Positions 24,947 through 33,836 of a stretch of DNA of 64,000 nucleotides are shown piece by piece. The stretch spans positions 3,632 to 67,631 of the forward strand of contig CAXPMI010000009.1 of the NCBI GenBank assembly GCA_964218365.1, written 5' to 3'. How positions within the stretch are numbered: the stretch's first letter is position 1; each line of letters starts with the position of its first letter. Origin of the DNA: Candidatus Poseidoniaceae archaeon (GTDB lineage Archaea; Thermoplasmatota; Poseidoniia; Poseidoniales; Poseidoniaceae). The notes beneath the pieces were generated by a model, which saw only the letters and a program-made list of their open reading frames with translations, made no database searches and was not told where the DNA came from. A program made the translations under genes and the position numbers.

Positions 24947-25971
24947 ACCTTGAATCTCAGAAGAGCCACAGCTCCCCCCATCCCAAGCAACTGTTCACCA
25001 GCATCATGGTCTGTTGAACATTGCACAAGTTTGGCACCGATTTCATCTAAGCCCGAGACTGTAGATTCCCATTTATCTTCCCTCACCAAGTCAGCACTGA
25101 TGAGGAGAGTTTCTATTGCCCCTTCCTCTAGTGCTTTGTTGATCATTTCAGCACCATATGCAACTGGGCCGTTGGTCGAGATTCTAGTCCAGGCCTCTTC
25201 CAATAATGCTGTTTCTTGGACAACAGCGTGTTCTGCGAGAACGTCGCCTGCTAGACCTTCTGAAATTACCTCGTTGGCAGCTCCTCTACCGCCCATACTT
25301 GTTGCAACCAATTTGGTTGGTCCATTGATTAGTGGTGCTAACTTCTCTCTAGCGTGACCAGGTCCACAGATTACGATTGGAGTGCCTTCAGCAATGGATT
25401 CGTTTGCTTCGTTGGAAATTTTCTCAAAGAATGATTTCGATACCCCTTCGCTAACTTTAGCACCAGTGTATTTCCCTCCACCTCTCATTGTCCAAGTGGA
25501 AACTTCACGGATACCTCTTCCAGTAACCTCGTAGAGAATCGCCTCATCAGATTCCACTACGATAATTACAACTTTGGCTTTACCACTGTTTGAACAAGCT
25601 TGGGAAATGAGGTCATGGTCCACTTTTGGAAACTCCTTTTGAGAAGTTAATTCGATTTCATCTCGTACCTCGACGATATGTGTATGGTGGCTACCAATGT
25701 CGAAATGCGCTTCCTCAATTATTCCATGAACCCTGAGTGTGTCTGCGAATGTGTGAAATTGATTTGATTCGATTGCCAACTTAATCCACATTTTCTTTCT
25801 CTCGGCAGATTTTGCTCTGCTACCTTCTTGGCCTGCAGTAGTTTGGTCCCTTCTCTCGCCAAGCATTCCAATACTTCGACCTTTGACACAAAGACGAGCT
25901 ACCGTCCAAAGGTCGTCCTCACAATCGATGCGAATTCGGTACAAGCCGAATTCACGCTTTAGCACCTGCAT
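24943..25971 (-). CDS. pelA: mRNA surveillance protein Pelota
   Basis: The N-terminus 'MQVLKREFGLYRIRIDCEDDLWTVARL' and the eRF1-like central and C-terminal domains are typical of archaeal Pelota. ATG 25971 lies 4 nt after the fhs stop. Confidence 0.85.
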   Translation of the reverse strand: MQVLKREFGLYRIRIDCEDDLWTVARLCVKGRSIGMLGERRDQTTAGQEGSRAKSAERKKMWIKLAIESNQFHTFADTLRVHGIIEEAHFDIGSHHTHIVEVRDEIELTSQKEFPKVDHDLISQACSNSGKAKVVIIVVESDEAILYEVTGRGIREVSTWTMRGGGKYTGAKVSEGVSKSFFEKISNEANESIAEGTPIVICGPGHAREKLAPLINGPTKLVATSMGGRGAANEVISEGLAGDVLAEHAVVQETALLEEAWTRISTNGPVAYGAEMINKALEEGAIETLLISADLVREDKWESTVSGLDEIGAKLVQCSTDHDAGEQLLGMGGAVALLRFKV

Positions 25972-25975
25972 CAGT

Positions 25976-27691
25976 TCACCCGAATACGCCGAGCAAATTA
26001 CCATTTTCGTCCATGTCCATGTCTGCTGCTGCTGGACGTTTTGGTAATCCCGGCATAGTCATAATCTCACCAAGGACGGCAACTACGAACCCTGCACCTG
26101 CATTCAATCTAAATTCACGGATTGGGATTTCAAAGCCAGACGGTGCGCCCAACAGGTTAGGGTCATGACTGAATGAATACTGTGTCTTTGCCATACATAC
26201 TGGAAGGTTACCATATCCCCAAGACTTGATTTGTTTGAGTTGTCTATCCGCTTTGGCATGTATGTTAATTCCCTCCGCACCATAGATTCTGGTGGCTACT
26301 CGCAGGGCTTTTTCTTCGATTGGCGTATCTTTGTTGAAGAGTGGTGTAAATGGTCTTCCTGCTGCAATGTGATCCTGACATGCGGAAACCACTGCCTTAG
26401 CGAGAGGTGCTCCACCCATTCCTCCTTTGGAATGGACTTCTGTAAGGCATACCTCTGCAGCGCCTGATGCGGTTGCGCAATCTATCAAACACTTTAGTTC
26501 AGCATCCGTATCGCTTGCAAATCTGTTTACGGATACTACAACAGGCATTCCGAATTGACTCATATTCCTAATGTGTCGGTCTAGATTCGTCTGTGCTCCC
26601 GCTCTTACTGCATCAACATCCTCTTTCTCGATTTCTTCTTTTGAGGGTCTTCTCGCAGCACGTTCGCCAAATGCGCCACCATGTAACTTCATCGAGCGTA
26701 CAGTTACGTTCATAACAACACAATCTGCTGATTTACCAGAATTTGCTGCCTTGATATGCATGAACTTTTCAGCACCCATATCAGAACCAAATCCGGCTTC
26801 TGTAACTACGAAATCAGCAGCGCTCAGAGCCAATTTGTCAGCGATAATTGACGAATTACCGTGTGCGATGTTTGCAAATGGACCTCCATGAATAAACGCA
26901 GGATCTCCTTCAAGGGTCTGTACGAGATTTGGTAGGAATGCATCACGAAGTAGTAGACTCATAGCTCCTGCAGCATCGATGTCCTCCGCCTTTACCGGAG
27001 TGCCATCGAATCTTTGTGCGATTACAATTTCACCTAGCCTCTTTCTCAGGTTAGCGTAATCTGTTGCTAAAACTAGGATTGCCATGACTTCACTTGCAGC
27101 GGTTATGTCGAATCTGTCTTCCCGAACCATTCCATTTGCAGGACCTCCAAGTCCTACCGTTACATTTCTCAACGAGCGGTCGTTTAGGTCGACGACTCTA
27201 GGCCAAATGATTCTTGAAGAGTCGATTTGTTGGTCATTACCGTGTTTCAGGTGATTATCAATCATTGAAGAGAGAAGGTTGTGTGCACTAGTAACTGCAT
27301 GGAGGTCGCCTGTAAAGTGAAGGTTGATGTCTTCCATTGGAAGGACCTGAGATAGTCCTCCTCCTGCAGCTCCACCCTTGATTCCAAATACTGGCCCCAT
27401 AGATGGCTCTCGAATTACGCACGTGGCACGCTTACCGATTCGGTTTAGTGCTTGTGTAAGACCGATTGTGGTTACAGTCTTGCCTTCTCCGAATGGAGTT
27501 GGATTTACACTGGTAACTAGGATTAGAGATCCTTGGGGTTTTGATATTCGATTCTTCAAAGCATCCCAGGTAATCTTGGCTTTACCGATTCCCATAGGCA
27601 TTAATTCGCCGTCACCAATTCCTAGTTTCCAAGCGATGGCGGATATATCCTCCATCTTTGCTGCTCTTGCAATTTCTAGGTCGCTCTGCAT
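25976..27691 (-). CDS. fhs: Formate--tetrahydrofolate ligase
   Basis: Motifs seen are 'SDLEIARAAKMEDISAIAWKLGI', 'LVTSVNPTPFGEGKTVTTIGL' and 'EPSMGPVFGIKGGAAGGG'. The likely start is 'MQSDLEIA' (27691). The ORF extends to 27721. Confidence 0.9.
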   Translation of the reverse strand: MQSDLEIARAAKMEDISAIAWKLGIGDGELMPMGIGKAKITWDALKNRISKPQGSLILVTSVNPTPFGEGKTVTTIGLTQALNRIGKRATCVIREPSMGPVFGIKGGAAGGGLSQVLPMEDINLHFTGDLHAVTSAHNLLSSMIDNHLKHGNDQQIDSSRIIWPRVVDLNDRSLRNVTVGLGGPANGMVREDRFDITAASEVMAILVLATDYANLRKRLGEIVIAQRFDGTPVKAEDIDAAGAMSLLLRDAFLPNLVQTLEGDPAFIHGGPFANIAHGNSSIIADKLALSAADFVVTEAGFGSDMGAEKFMHIKAANSGKSADCVVMNVTVRSMKLHGGAFGERAARRPSKEEIEKEDVDAVRAGAQTNLDRHIRNMSQFGMPVVVSVNRFASDTDAELKCLIDCATASGAAEVCLTEVHSKGGMGGAPLAKAVVSACQDHIAAGRPFTPLFNKDTPIEEKALRVATRIYGAEGINIHAKADRQLKQIKSWGYGNLPVCMAKTQYSFSHDPNLLGAPSGFEIPIREFRLNAGAGFVVAVLGEIMTMPGLPKRPAAADMDMDENGNLLGVFG

Positions 27692-27755
27692 GGGCCGTTT
27701 GCGGCTTAGAGGGTTTTTCAAACCACTGTCCCTTCAAGGGATGCAAATGCGGGTT

Positions 27756-29141
27756 TCACTCCTCTTTCATGCTACCCAAGTAGTCCGGTAGGTCCACTCC
27801 AGCCATCTTTGCAACATCATGCACAGGAGGCAGGGAGTGGATTAGGCTGGATACGAAGTTGGCGGTTGAGCCTTCACCCTTTCCTCCAGCAGAATCCCAA
27901 ACGGTGATCTTGTCGATTTGTAGGTTGGAAATTGCTTCGACCTGGCGAGCAACGATATCCTCAATCTTCTCAACCATCAATAGTGTGGCAGCAGCCTTAG
28001 GGTCGCCACCTGCACTTGCAACTAGGTTGGAGTAACCAACAGCCTTAGCCTCCAGAACCGCTTTCACACCTTCCGCCTCAGCACGGTACTTTGCTAGAAT
28101 AGCATCTGCTTCACCACTAGCGACACGGCGTTGGCGTTCTGCTTCTGCTTCTGCAGCGATCTCGATCTGAGTCTTGGCGATTTCTTCACGAACGATTTCT
28201 TCAGCCTTGAGTCTCTCTTGCTCTAGCATATATTGTGCCTTTTGAACTTCCATTTCCGCAGTTCTACGTGCAACTTCAGCACGCTGCATGGCTTCCGCTT
28301 CCTTCTCTGCTAGGTTAGCATTGTATTCTGCAATGCTTGCCTTGGAGGTGTTTTCACCCTCGATTGCAGTTGCTTCTAGAACAGCGACTTCCTTTCTTTG
28401 TGCTGCATCTGCACCCTTCTTACCGATTTCACCAGCTGCTGCGTTTTCTGCAACTTGAATGTCACGAACTCTGTGTGCTTCTGCTTGTCCGATGTCACCA
28501 TCACGGTTTGCTGCAGCGACATCAGACTTTGCCGCGTTGACAGCGATTGCTGCTGCCTTCTTACCGATAGACTCGATGTAGTCTGAGTCGTCAGTGATAT
28601 CTGTGATGTTAACGTTGATTAGGTTCAGGCCCAACTTGTTTAGTTCGTGGCCGACGTTGTCACGAATAGACTCAAGGAACTGGTCACGGTCTTGGTTAAT
28701 CTGCTCAATAGTTAGGGATGCAACAGTCAGACGTAGTTGACCGAAAATAATCTCAGAAGCCATTGACTCGATTTGATTTGGTGTCAAGTGTAATAGACGC
28801 TCAGCGGCATTGTTCATTATTAGCGGGTCTGTGCTGACACCCACCGTGAAAGTAGATGGAACATTGATTCTGATGTTCTGTAGCGACAGAGCGTTTGTCA
28901 ATGGGATGTTGATAGTCATTGGAATTAGACTTAACTTCTTCCAATCCTGAATTAGCGGCCACACAAGTGTAGCACCACCGTGAATACAGCGAGATGCTTT
29001 ACCGCCACCAACACGTCCGTACACGACGAGAATCTCGTCGGACGCACAGCGCTTGTATCTTGTTACAAGCAGTATTATTCCGAATGCAAAAATCAGTCCA
29101 AAACCTGCAATTAGCAGGAATAGTGTTACTCCAGTATCCAT
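27756..29141 (-). CDS. Flotillin (SPFH/band-7 family) protein
   Basis: An N-terminal TM is followed by an SPFH domain ('SDEILVVYGRVGG..', 'LIPMTINIPL') and a long Ala/Glu-rich coiled-coil flotillin repeat region. Confidence 0.85.
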   Translation of the reverse strand: MDTGVTLFLLIAGFGLIFAFGIILLVTRYKRCASDEILVVYGRVGGGKASRCIHGGATLVWPLIQDWKKLSLIPMTINIPLTNALSLQNIRINVPSTFTVGVSTDPLIMNNAAERLLHLTPNQIESMASEIIFGQLRLTVASLTIEQINQDRDQFLESIRDNVGHELNKLGLNLINVNITDITDDSDYIESIGKKAAAIAVNAAKSDVAAANRDGDIGQAEAHRVRDIQVAENAAAGEIGKKGADAAQRKEVAVLEATAIEGENTSKASIAEYNANLAEKEAEAMQRAEVARRTAEMEVQKAQYMLEQERLKAEEIVREEIAKTQIEIAAEAEAERQRRVASGEADAILAKYRAEAEGVKAVLEAKAVGYSNLVASAGGDPKAAATLLMVEKIEDIVARQVEAISNLQIDKITVWDSAGGKGEGSTANFVSSLIHSLPPVHDVAKMAGVDLPDYLGSMKEE

Positions 29142-29152
29142 ATTTGTTCACC

Positions 29153-29779
29153 TCATTCTTCTTCTGATGTTAGTTCATTACCCTCACTTAGCGGTTCGAC
29201 AATCAAAGTAGATCCAATTACATCTACTACCTTAATCAGTTCACCGCTTGGAATTAGTTTGGTTTTGTCCCTTCCTCGGGCTAATAGAGTGCGAAGAGTT
29301 CCATCTACCGCAACTTGGACTTCACCTTCTTCGTTCGGCTTGATGCGGGAATATACGTGACCTTTGGCCCCAATAGCGTTAGCATGCTTCATGGTTCCAT
29401 CGGCTTGCAGGTTAGAAATTCCTGCCATCATGTATCTTACCATGTATAGCGAGCCACCAGCTGCAAAGCCACCTGAAAGAACTGCGATAATTTCCTGGTC
29501 TGTCGCTGAAACTACGAACATTCCAGTAAGACCAAACATCATAATCGCTGCAGCAATTCCTTGAAGACTGAATAATTCGAAAGCGAGTGTGCTGTCCATA
29601 CTAACATCTGTATCAAACGCAGTATCTATGACTCCTCCTAGAACGTCTCCAACTAGCATTAGTAGCATCATTACAATGAAGAATAGAGAACCAAATACTG
29701 CACAGCAAACAAAGATTATCTCGATCACAGATGGTGCTGTGAAACCAAATATATCTGCAAGCCAATCAAAAACAGCCAT
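29153..29779 (-). CDS. NfeD-family membrane protein (flotillin partner)
   Basis: It has multiple N-terminal TM helices and a C-terminal OB-like 'GHVYSRIKPNEEGEVQVAVDGTLRTLLARG...GELIKVVDVIGSTLIVEP'. It sits immediately upstream of flotillin. Confidence 0.7.
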   Translation of the reverse strand: MAVFDWLADIFGFTAPSVIEIIFVCCAVFGSLFFIVMMLLMLVGDVLGGVIDTAFDTDVSMDSTLAFELFSLQGIAAAIMMFGLTGMFVVSATDQEIIAVLSGGFAAGGSLYMVRYMMAGISNLQADGTMKHANAIGAKGHVYSRIKPNEEGEVQVAVDGTLRTLLARGRDKTKLIPSGELIKVVDVIGSTLIVEPLSEGNELTSEEE

Positions 29780-29805
29780 TGCGACCCCAACCTCCCCTAC
29801 ATTCG

Positions 29806-30051
29806 TTACTTAATGACCTTATTGCCGTCATCATTTTTGGATAATTCTTCTACGATTTTCTTTTTTTCATAAATTGCAACCAGAGAAACTGATGCTCCAC
29901 CTATGATTGCTGCAATAATAATGTTCAGCCCAGCAGAATATCCAATCAAAAATACCCACAGAGGGAGAAAGGCAAACAGAAACCTTCTCATTACCGGCCA
30001 AAAACCGCTAAACAGTTCATCAGTTGGGTCGGTTACAACCATCACAACCAC
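29806..30051 (-). CDS. Small membrane protein (81 aa, 2 TM)
   Basis: Two hydrophobic helices are present. Its start abuts the stop of the upstream ORF (30051|30052). It is co-directional with nfeD and flotillin. Confidence 0.45.
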   Translation of the reverse strand: MVVMVVTDPTDELFSGFWPVMRRFLFAFLPLWVFLIGYSAGLNIIIAAIIGGASVSLVAIYEKKKIVEELSKNDDGNKVIK

Positions 30052-30357
30052 TCAGAAGAATAGGGTACCTACGATGATTGTTAGGATCCACATTCCAATT
30101 CCGAATCCAACACCTTTCCCTTGTTTTGCCATTTGGTCAGCGTGGACTTCCTTCTGCATGTTCTTCATCGGGTTGATTAGCAAATCCCTTTGTTCTTGTC
30201 TAAACACAACTAATGCGAGAACAAAACAAGCCGCAGCACCCGTTCCGAATAAAGTTGTAATTGCGGCATCGACTTGTTCCATGAGTTTCAATGAAAGCCA
30301 AATCTGAGTAACAGCCATCATGAACCAAAGGAAAGAGCCCCTCTCAGCAACTGCCAT
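30052..30357 (-). CDS. Small membrane protein (101 aa, 3 TM)
   Basis: It has hydrophobic helices and a basic loop, and is the first gene of the putative flotillin operon. Confidence 0.45.
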   Translation of the reverse strand: MAVAERGSFLWFMMAVTQIWLSLKLMEQVDAAITTLFGTGAAACFVLALVVFRQEQRDLLINPMKNMQKEVHADQMAKQGKGVGFGIGMWILTIIVGTLFF

Positions 30358-30462
30358 GATATTCTTAGACGATACTCCTTATTGAGAATTACCTCGGTTT
30401 GCCCCTAGATGACTCAAACTTAACACAGACTTATTCAAGTACTAATCGCGAAATCTCTGTTC

Positions 30463-31398
30463 ATGGGGAGAGTGCGTCACGCTGTTGCGGGCAATCCTAT
30501 TGTCCACTCTCTCTCTCCTGTGCTCACAGCACTGGTACATGCTCACCTTTCAAGACAAGATGATGTTGAACTTCCGGGATTGAAAGGTGTGGTAGTTATC
30601 CCAACTGAGGGGGTTGAGAACGCACTTGCTTGGGGTTATGCTGATGGACTCCCGTCTCCTCCTGATTGGGAATATGTAGGCTCTCCGTTGGGAAAATTCA
30701 GAGCAAATACACTGTTGGAGAGAGCTGTTGCCGCCTCTAGCTCTGAACATAGTAAAGCAGATTCCCGCCTACCCAATGCTCCACTTGTCACAGAAAAAAT
30801 TGAGAGCCAAATCTTAGGGGAGGAAGAGGTTTGGTTGTCACTAACTTCTCCTCTGAAGCATCAACTGTCAACTGCTGCAGTAAAATGCATAGACAATGCA
30901 ATGGATATAAGATCCGTAAACTCCCTGCGTTGGGATGGAATCACATGGTGGGCCGGTTCTAGTGATGGGGCAGGAATGTGTATGGTTGCTGAGGCTTTCG
31001 GAAAGAAATCTGACGGCGTAATGGGAATCATCGGTGGTGGAGGAACAGCTCGCTCTGTTGCAGCAGCATGGACTAATTCCGGCGGTAAGATTACTCAGAT
31101 GGGTGGTAGAAGAGAACTCGATGAGGATGGTCCATGGAATCTAGTGGAATCCAAAGCAGATTTCGTTGTAAATTTTGATGATGATGGAGGTGACCTCTCT
31201 GTTAGGTATGAGAAAATGGATGGAGATTTCGAATCTCGGGTCGAGTATTTGTCAACAAATGCAGATGGAAGATGGTTGCTTTGTGCACAGCATCTACATT
31301 CTTGGGCAACACTTTGGGCGCCACAATACTCAGAAAAACTACCATCTCTATCGCTTCTAATGACGCGGTTGATTGCTGCGGAGGTGCATTTAGGTTGA
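30463..31398 (+). CDS. aroE: Divergent shikimate 5-dehydrogenase-family protein
   Basis: AroE landmarks appear in the usual order: 'GNPIVHSLSP', 'SLTSPLKH' (catalytic Lys), 'SVNSL..GSSDGAG' (NTDG-like Asp), 'GIIGGGGTARS' (NADP loop) and 'DGRWLLCAQHLHSWATLW'. An insert of about 60 aa follows the first motif. Confidence 0.55.
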   Translation: MGRVRHAVAGNPIVHSLSPVLTALVHAHLSRQDDVELPGLKGVVVIPTEGVENALAWGYADGLPSPPDWEYVGSPLGKFRANTLLERAVAASSSEHSKADSRLPNAPLVTEKIESQILGEEEVWLSLTSPLKHQLSTAAVKCIDNAMDIRSVNSLRWDGITWWAGSSDGAGMCMVAEAFGKKSDGVMGIIGGGGTARSVAAAWTNSGGKITQMGGRRELDEDGPWNLVESKADFVVNFDDDGGDLSVRYEKMDGDFESRVEYLSTNADGRWLLCAQHLHSWATLWAPQYSEKLPSLSLLMTRLIAAEVHLG

Positions 31399-33836
31399 AA
31401 CGAGTATATCTGGTTTTGATTATTCTTCTTGCTCCGGTTGTGATGGCAGATCAGTTTCCAAATCAGAATCAAAATTCAGGATTCGTAGGCTGGCAAGTCG
31501 GCGAAGACGAAAAAATTGGAGAATTCAGAATATCATACCCCGCAGTTAGTGATGGAGAAGAAACCGATATGGCTCAAAGTGGGCCATTTGCAGTGGTTGT
31601 ATTCTATGGCGATGATGATGAGGGTATCGAACAATATGAGTGGTTTCAAGACGTAACGTCGCTTTGGGGATACATTACTTTGGTAGTTGAAGATGAAACC
31701 AGTTTCGAAGCAGTAGATTTCACACTTAGAGGTTGGAATAACGGTTCTATATCCACGGTTCCCGGGGCGCAAGGAATGTTTGCACTGAACCACGTCGCTT
31801 TGGGTGGACACGGAACTGGGGCTCACTATGCAGCAGAGGTGGTGAAGAGTACAGACTACCGAATCGACGGTTTGTTTGGACTTGGGTTAGATGGTTCACA
31901 GAGTGAATATTCTGAATCTGTCATTCTTTCTCGTCCTTCAATAGCGTTGTTTTTGACTGGTACGACCGATGACATTGCTCCTGCAAATGAAAACGTAATC
32001 ACTTACCTAAATTCATGGCCAGGAGCATGGCAAGTCATGTACCCAAGGGGCGCAAACCACATCGGTTATCAGACCACTGACACCTTCTTTGAGCGGTTTG
32101 CAGATGGTGATTCTACCATGGGAAGAGATGGCCAGCAGGACCACGCTATGCAGCATATTTTGCCATATCTGAATCTCTCGCTTAGAGGGGATGATTCCGC
32201 TTACCAAGTAGCATTCAACCGAGAGGATAAAACTGTGTCATCAGACTCCGATGCTTACATCGACGAGGACATGAACCGCTCGAGACTGTATAAAATGGAG
32301 AATATCACTTCTAGCCTACCATCCGTTATGCTGTATCAATCATTCACCATATCTGCGAATGTGACTATGCGTGATGGAAGCACTGCGTTTGGCAATGTCT
32401 CATGCATTTTGCCAAATGGTGAGATAGTCCTAGGTGTTCTCCAAAATGACATTGCTTCTTGTGATTTGAATGGTACTTCTTTGTTACCGGGTCCATCGCT
32501 GATTGAACTAAGAATAGAGGACTACTCTTTCTCTGATTGGCTAGACATATTCGTAAACCGAGTTGGGATTCCAATGCAAATTTCAGAACCTATACCTGAA
32601 ATTATTCTTGACCAACACGCATCTGTTACCATTGACGCTGATATTTTCGCTACAGACCCTGACGGTGAGGATATTCAATTTCAATCGGCGGAACTGTTCG
32701 GACAGAATTCAACCAAACTCGAGGTCGTAAATCTAGTTGATGAAATTACAATTTCTCACGTTGCTGACCAAGAATGGGACGGTAAGTCAAGAATTAACCT
32801 CACACTGATGACGAGTGACGAAATGGTTGACATTGTTGCAAACATCACAGTTCTTCCAGTAAATGACCCTGTTTCACAATACGAAACGGTGCCGCAGCAG
32901 GCGACTATTGAGGACGGACCAAGTATTGTGGTTGATTTCTCAGATTTCGTGAGCGACCCTGAGGGAGATGAATTGGTTGTTGTACCGGCACGTGAATACC
33001 CAGGGATTAGGATACAGCCAACCTCCTCGACCGTCTTAATCGACCCACAGACACACTGGAATGGTGCCGAATTGATAGAGTTCTATGTGTCAGATGGTGT
33101 TACAGAGCCTGTTCAAATATTCGTGCCAATAAACGTAGAAGCAGTTGATGACCCAATTGAATTTTCATCCACATCTTTCACTGTTGAACTTGATGAGGAT
33201 ACATCCAAATCGATTAATTTAGAAAATTACACAATCAACGTCGATGACGATACCCTAACATTCACAATCACTGGTGATTCAGAATTGCTAGGCTATTCTC
33301 TGAACGATGATGAATTACTGCTCGTACCTTCTCCTAATTTGCATGGCTCTGCAATATACACAATTTCTGTTACTGATGGGTTTAACTCAACAACAGCTGT
33401 TCTAAATATCAACATCAAACCGGTAGCTGATTTACCAACTGTTAGCATCTCTTCATTAGATTATTCAGGTAATGTCCTTTCTGTTCTGTGGACCATATCT
33501 GACAACGATGGGGACGAGGGTTTGATCTATTCTGTCAAGTTTGCAAATAACTCGATTGAGCAGAATACTGAGTGTACTGGTAATGTACTACTGACCTGTC
33601 TAACCACATCCAACACAAATCAAGTTGGAACATTCGAAGTCGAAATTAAAGTCTGGGATGGCAATGCTCAGGTTTGGTCAAATGTTGAGACAAAAGAGAT
33701 AGATCTAGTTCCGGCTACTAGTACCAATGATGATTCCGAATCAGAGGTTGTCATAAGTGACTGGTTGCTACCTATTGGTTTGGGTATCGTGGCCATACTT
33801 CTTCTTGGTTACATGGTGATGACCAAGAGGGAATGA
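31395..33836 (+). CDS. Surface protein: cutinase/dienelactone-hydrolase-like domain (Ser replaced) + cadherin-like repeats + C-terminal TM
   Basis: The TTG start at 31395 overlaps the aroE-like stop (TTGA). This gives the signal peptide 'MKRVYLVLIILLAPVVMADQ'. Repeat ends are 'ITVLPVNDPV', 'VEAVDDPIEF' and 'NIKPVADLPTV'. The C-terminal TM is 'WLLPIGLGIVAILLLGYMVM'. Confidence 0.7.
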   Translation: MKRVYLVLIILLAPVVMADQFPNQNQNSGFVGWQVGEDEKIGEFRISYPAVSDGEETDMAQSGPFAVVVFYGDDDEGIEQYEWFQDVTSLWGYITLVVEDETSFEAVDFTLRGWNNGSISTVPGAQGMFALNHVALGGHGTGAHYAAEVVKSTDYRIDGLFGLGLDGSQSEYSESVILSRPSIALFLTGTTDDIAPANENVITYLNSWPGAWQVMYPRGANHIGYQTTDTFFERFADGDSTMGRDGQQDHAMQHILPYLNLSLRGDDSAYQVAFNREDKTVSSDSDAYIDEDMNRSRLYKMENITSSLPSVMLYQSFTISANVTMRDGSTAFGNVSCILPNGEIVLGVLQNDIASCDLNGTSLLPGPSLIELRIEDYSFSDWLDIFVNRVGIPMQISEPIPEIILDQHASVTIDADIFATDPDGEDIQFQSAELFGQNSTKLEVVNLVDEITISHVADQEWDGKSRINLTLMTSDEMVDIVANITVLPVNDPVSQYETVPQQATIEDGPSIVVDFSDFVSDPEGDELVVVPAREYPGIRIQPTSSTVLIDPQTHWNGAELIEFYVSDGVTEPVQIFVPINVEAVDDPIEFSSTSFTVELDEDTSKSINLENYTINVDDDTLTFTITGDSELLGYSLNDDELLLVPSPNLHGSAIYTISVTDGFNSTTAVLNINIKPVADLPTVSISSLDYSGNVLSVLWTISDNDGDEGLIYSVKFANNSIEQNTECTGNVLLTCLTTSNTNQVGTFEVEIKVWDGNAQVWSNVETKEIDLVPATSTNDDSESEVVISDWLLPIGLGIVAILLLGYMVMTKRE
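31560..32080 (+). other. Alpha/beta-hydrolase (cutinase/PETase/DLH-like) domain with GHGTG in place of GHSMG
   Basis: 'GPFAVVVFYGDDD..WGYITLVVE', 'HVALGGHGTGAHYAAEV', 'IALFLTGTTDDIAP' and 'GANHIGY' line up with the strand, nucleophile-elbow, Asp and His motifs of actinobacterial cutinases. The nucleophile position is Gly. Confidence 0.5.

Noticed and set aside
24896-25357. A 153-aa plus-strand ORF
   Set aside because: It is antisense to the well-supported pelota gene, and its Ser/Ala/Pro-rich composition is shadow-like.
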